Shown here in pieces: positions 35,161 through 37,453 of a stretch of DNA of 37,453 nt; positions within the stretch are counted from its first letter, which is position 1, and each line of letters starts with the position of its first letter. A program made the position numbers and the translations under genes. The stretch covers positions 1 through 37,453 of the forward strand of contig JWZX01003028.1 of assembly GCA_001275005.1 (NCBI GenBank), in the 5' to 3' direction. The notes under the pieces were generated by a model that worked only from the letters and a program-made list of their open reading frames with translations, was not told the DNA's origin and searched no databases. The stretch is from Chrysochromulina tobinii (Eukaryota).

Positions 35161-37453
35161 TCACGCCGGTGCTGCGGGCTCGTGCAGCGGCTCGCTCCTC
35201 GGCTCTGCTGCCTCGGAGGCATGCTCATAGTAACTGTTGAAGTCGAGCCGGTAGAGGAGGAATGCGAGGTCGTACGACGAGTGGCGCTTGACTGCGCTCA
35301 CGAGCGCGAGGATACGCCGGCGGTACTCGGCGGCGGCAAGCTGCAGCTGCTCCTCGAAGCTGGCCTCGACGACGAGCTCGCCCATCTGAGCTGGCGTCAC
35401 CGCGCCACGTACCGCAAAGGTGCCTCGCGCGGCGGAGACGGCGATGGCGGCGGCGTGCTCGCGCGCGGCGGCCTTCTGCTCCAGGAGCGACATGTAGAGC
35501 TGGTCCTGCACGCGCGCGAACGCGAGGATCGCGTCGAAGAGCGAGACGAGCGCGCGATGCATCGGCTCGTCCTCGGCGCCGAGCATGGCCTTCTGTGTGA
35601 GGCTTGCGAGGAACTGGCCGTGCGCGGCGAGCAAACTGTCGAGGTCGGTGGCGGCGTGCAGCCGCTCATGGAGCACGAGGCTCTCGCACTCGATCACCTG
35701 ATGAGGGACGCAATCAGCATGCACTCAGAGATGCAATCAGTCGGAGCACGAGGCTCTCACACTCGATCACCTGATGAGGGAGGCAATCAGATGCAATCAG
35801 ATGCAATCAGAGACACTCAGAGGCAATCAGTGGCAATCAGAGGCCATCTCGATCACCTCGAACATGAGGTAGTACTGCAGGTTGTAGATGAGGTGCACCA
35901 TCTCGTTGCGCAGCACGTAGCAACCGTGTATCGTCGGGTCGCGGTGCAGCGTCGAAAGCAGGCGCGAGGCGGTGCAGTGCTTGCGCCAGACGGCAGTGAG
36001 CGAGTGCTCGACCCTCTTCAGCTGCCAGAGGAATGTGAAGAGTCGCCGGTACGACGCGAGCGCACTCGTGCTGAAGATCGTGTCGCACGGCGCTCCGACC
36101 CGATAATCGAGCGCAAAGGCATCCCAGCCGGTCGCCTTGGGTCCCTTGTTGAGCGACACATCGAGGTGGCGTAGCAGCAGGGTCGGCTCTGCCTCGGTCG
36201 GCGACGAGTGCGACGCGCGCACCGCCGCCTCGACGAGCGAGACCAAATGATGACGATGCAGCTGCTGGGCTGGTTTGGAGAGCGACGGCGCGAGGTGCTC
36301 CATCAACGTCTGTGCAAAGTCGCCCTTTCCGAGCAGCAAGAACTGCTGCAGGTTGGTCACGTGGGCACGGAGCTCATACCGGCCCCATAGCAGCTCAAGC
36401 AACCTCGCGTTCGCGAGCGCGGCGGCGCGACTGACTACGGCCGACAGTGCCGCCTCGCGCCCGTACTCCATGCACGCGAGGGCCGCGGCCGACGCCGCGC
36501 CCGCCTCGGCCGCCTCCGTCTCCGCCATCAGCGAGGATTCCGAAACCGCCCCTGCCGCGACGGCGCCCGCAACGGCGCTTCCCGCCGTCAGCGGCCGCTC
36601 GCCGTGGTTGGCGGTGCTTGCGCTGGTAGCGCTGGTGGCGGTGGGCAAGGGCGCACCTCTCGGCGTCTCGACGCTGAGCGCCGTCCCGAGCGCCGCCCAG
36701 CCGAGCGCCGTCCCGGGCGTCTCCCCGCCTCTCGCCGCCGCCGCCGCCGCCGCCGCCTTGGTCGGCGCCTTTGGTGGTACCGGCAACGGCGCCGAAAGGC
36801 GTAGCGACCAGTCGGCATCGCCGCAACACAGACGGATGAAGTTGATCGCCTTGCCCACGAGCAGCACCTTGGTCGCGAGAGCGCGCGGCAAGAAGCTTGG
36901 CACCATCGACTCGCGTATGGCGTACCTGATGAGCGGCGCCATCAGGTAGGACATCAGTGGCCATCAATGGCAATCAGGGCGACATGGCGTACCTGATGAG
37001 GTGAACCATCAGGGAAGTACTCCGAGGGGCATGCAGAGAGGCGATCAGAGAGGCGATCAGAGAGGCGATCAGAGAGGCGATCAAGGCATACCGCTGCTCC
37101 CACAGCGCGGTGAGCGGCGTGGCGCGGCTTTCGATGAAGAACTCCTCGTGCGCGTCGCGCAGCTCGCCCTGCAGCACCCACATGCGGATCATGCCAAACA
37201 GCGGCGCAGCGGCTGCGCGCAGCAGGTGGCGCACATAGCCTCGCACGAGAGGGTCGCCGTGGCGCTCGTGCCGCGCGATCGCGACGATCATGGCGCCGCC
37301 CTTGAGAGGCGCACAGGTGCGAGCGAGCTGCGCCATGAGCAGGAGCCGTTGCATCGGCTGCGCGCTCCAGACGCTCAGCTGGAGGAGCGTGAGCTCGGAC
37401 TGCCGCTGCTCCTCGAGGACCGCGAGCAGCTGATACCACTCATCGAGCTCGAT
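35161..37453 (-). CDS. TUBGCP3: Gamma-tubulin complex component 3 (GCP3/Spc98), 5' part outside the window
   Basis: Exons >37453-37092, 36925-35857, 35697-35161. Motifs LKGGAM, HGDP, GELRDAHEEFFI, VPSFL..KVLLVGKAINFIR, FLLLGKGDF, GWDAFALDYRV, FTFLWQLKRVE, LQYYLMFEVIEC, RLDFNSYY. Confidence 0.9.
37036..37083 (-). repeat. 12-bp tandem repeat (CTCTGATCGCCT on -, 4 copies) in intron 36926-37091
   Basis: Read directly. Confidence 0.9.

Overview
Gene-dense, GC-rich eukaryotic DNA with short spliceosomal introns (GT-AG and some GC-AG). Compact spacing and ~10-11-nt intronic tandem repeats suggest a haptophyte alga (inference, Chrysochromulina-like). I can support 16 protein-coding genes: a 49-aa-repeat helical protein, a UVR-motif protein, an EGF+exostosin (GT47) glycosyltransferase with an in-frame TAG, PRP40, a DUF4336-like protein, a decapeptide-repeat protein, a tandem cNMP-binding protein, a KDEL-terminated JmjC protein, an FkbM-like methyltransferase, class III ADH/GSNOR, a ferric reductase fused to two ependymin-like domains, a large coiled-coil protein, a two-domain aquaporin, a ZIP transporter, a GNAT acetyltransferase and a 5'-truncated GCP3. 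There is also a 106-bp MITE. The most striking signal is a shared intron architecture across unrelated genes. The intron's 5' end copies the first 5-31 nt of the downstream exon, which supplies the donor. A sense-strand array of ~10-nt CTGAT units follows, ending in a conserved CTnATCAG acceptor. Several introns show this twice at the same site, creating internal AG|GT or AG|GC recursive-type sites. This may be an intron-generating insertion process. Exon boundaries were inferred by hand from frame continuity and splice motifs; no transcript or database evidence was available.
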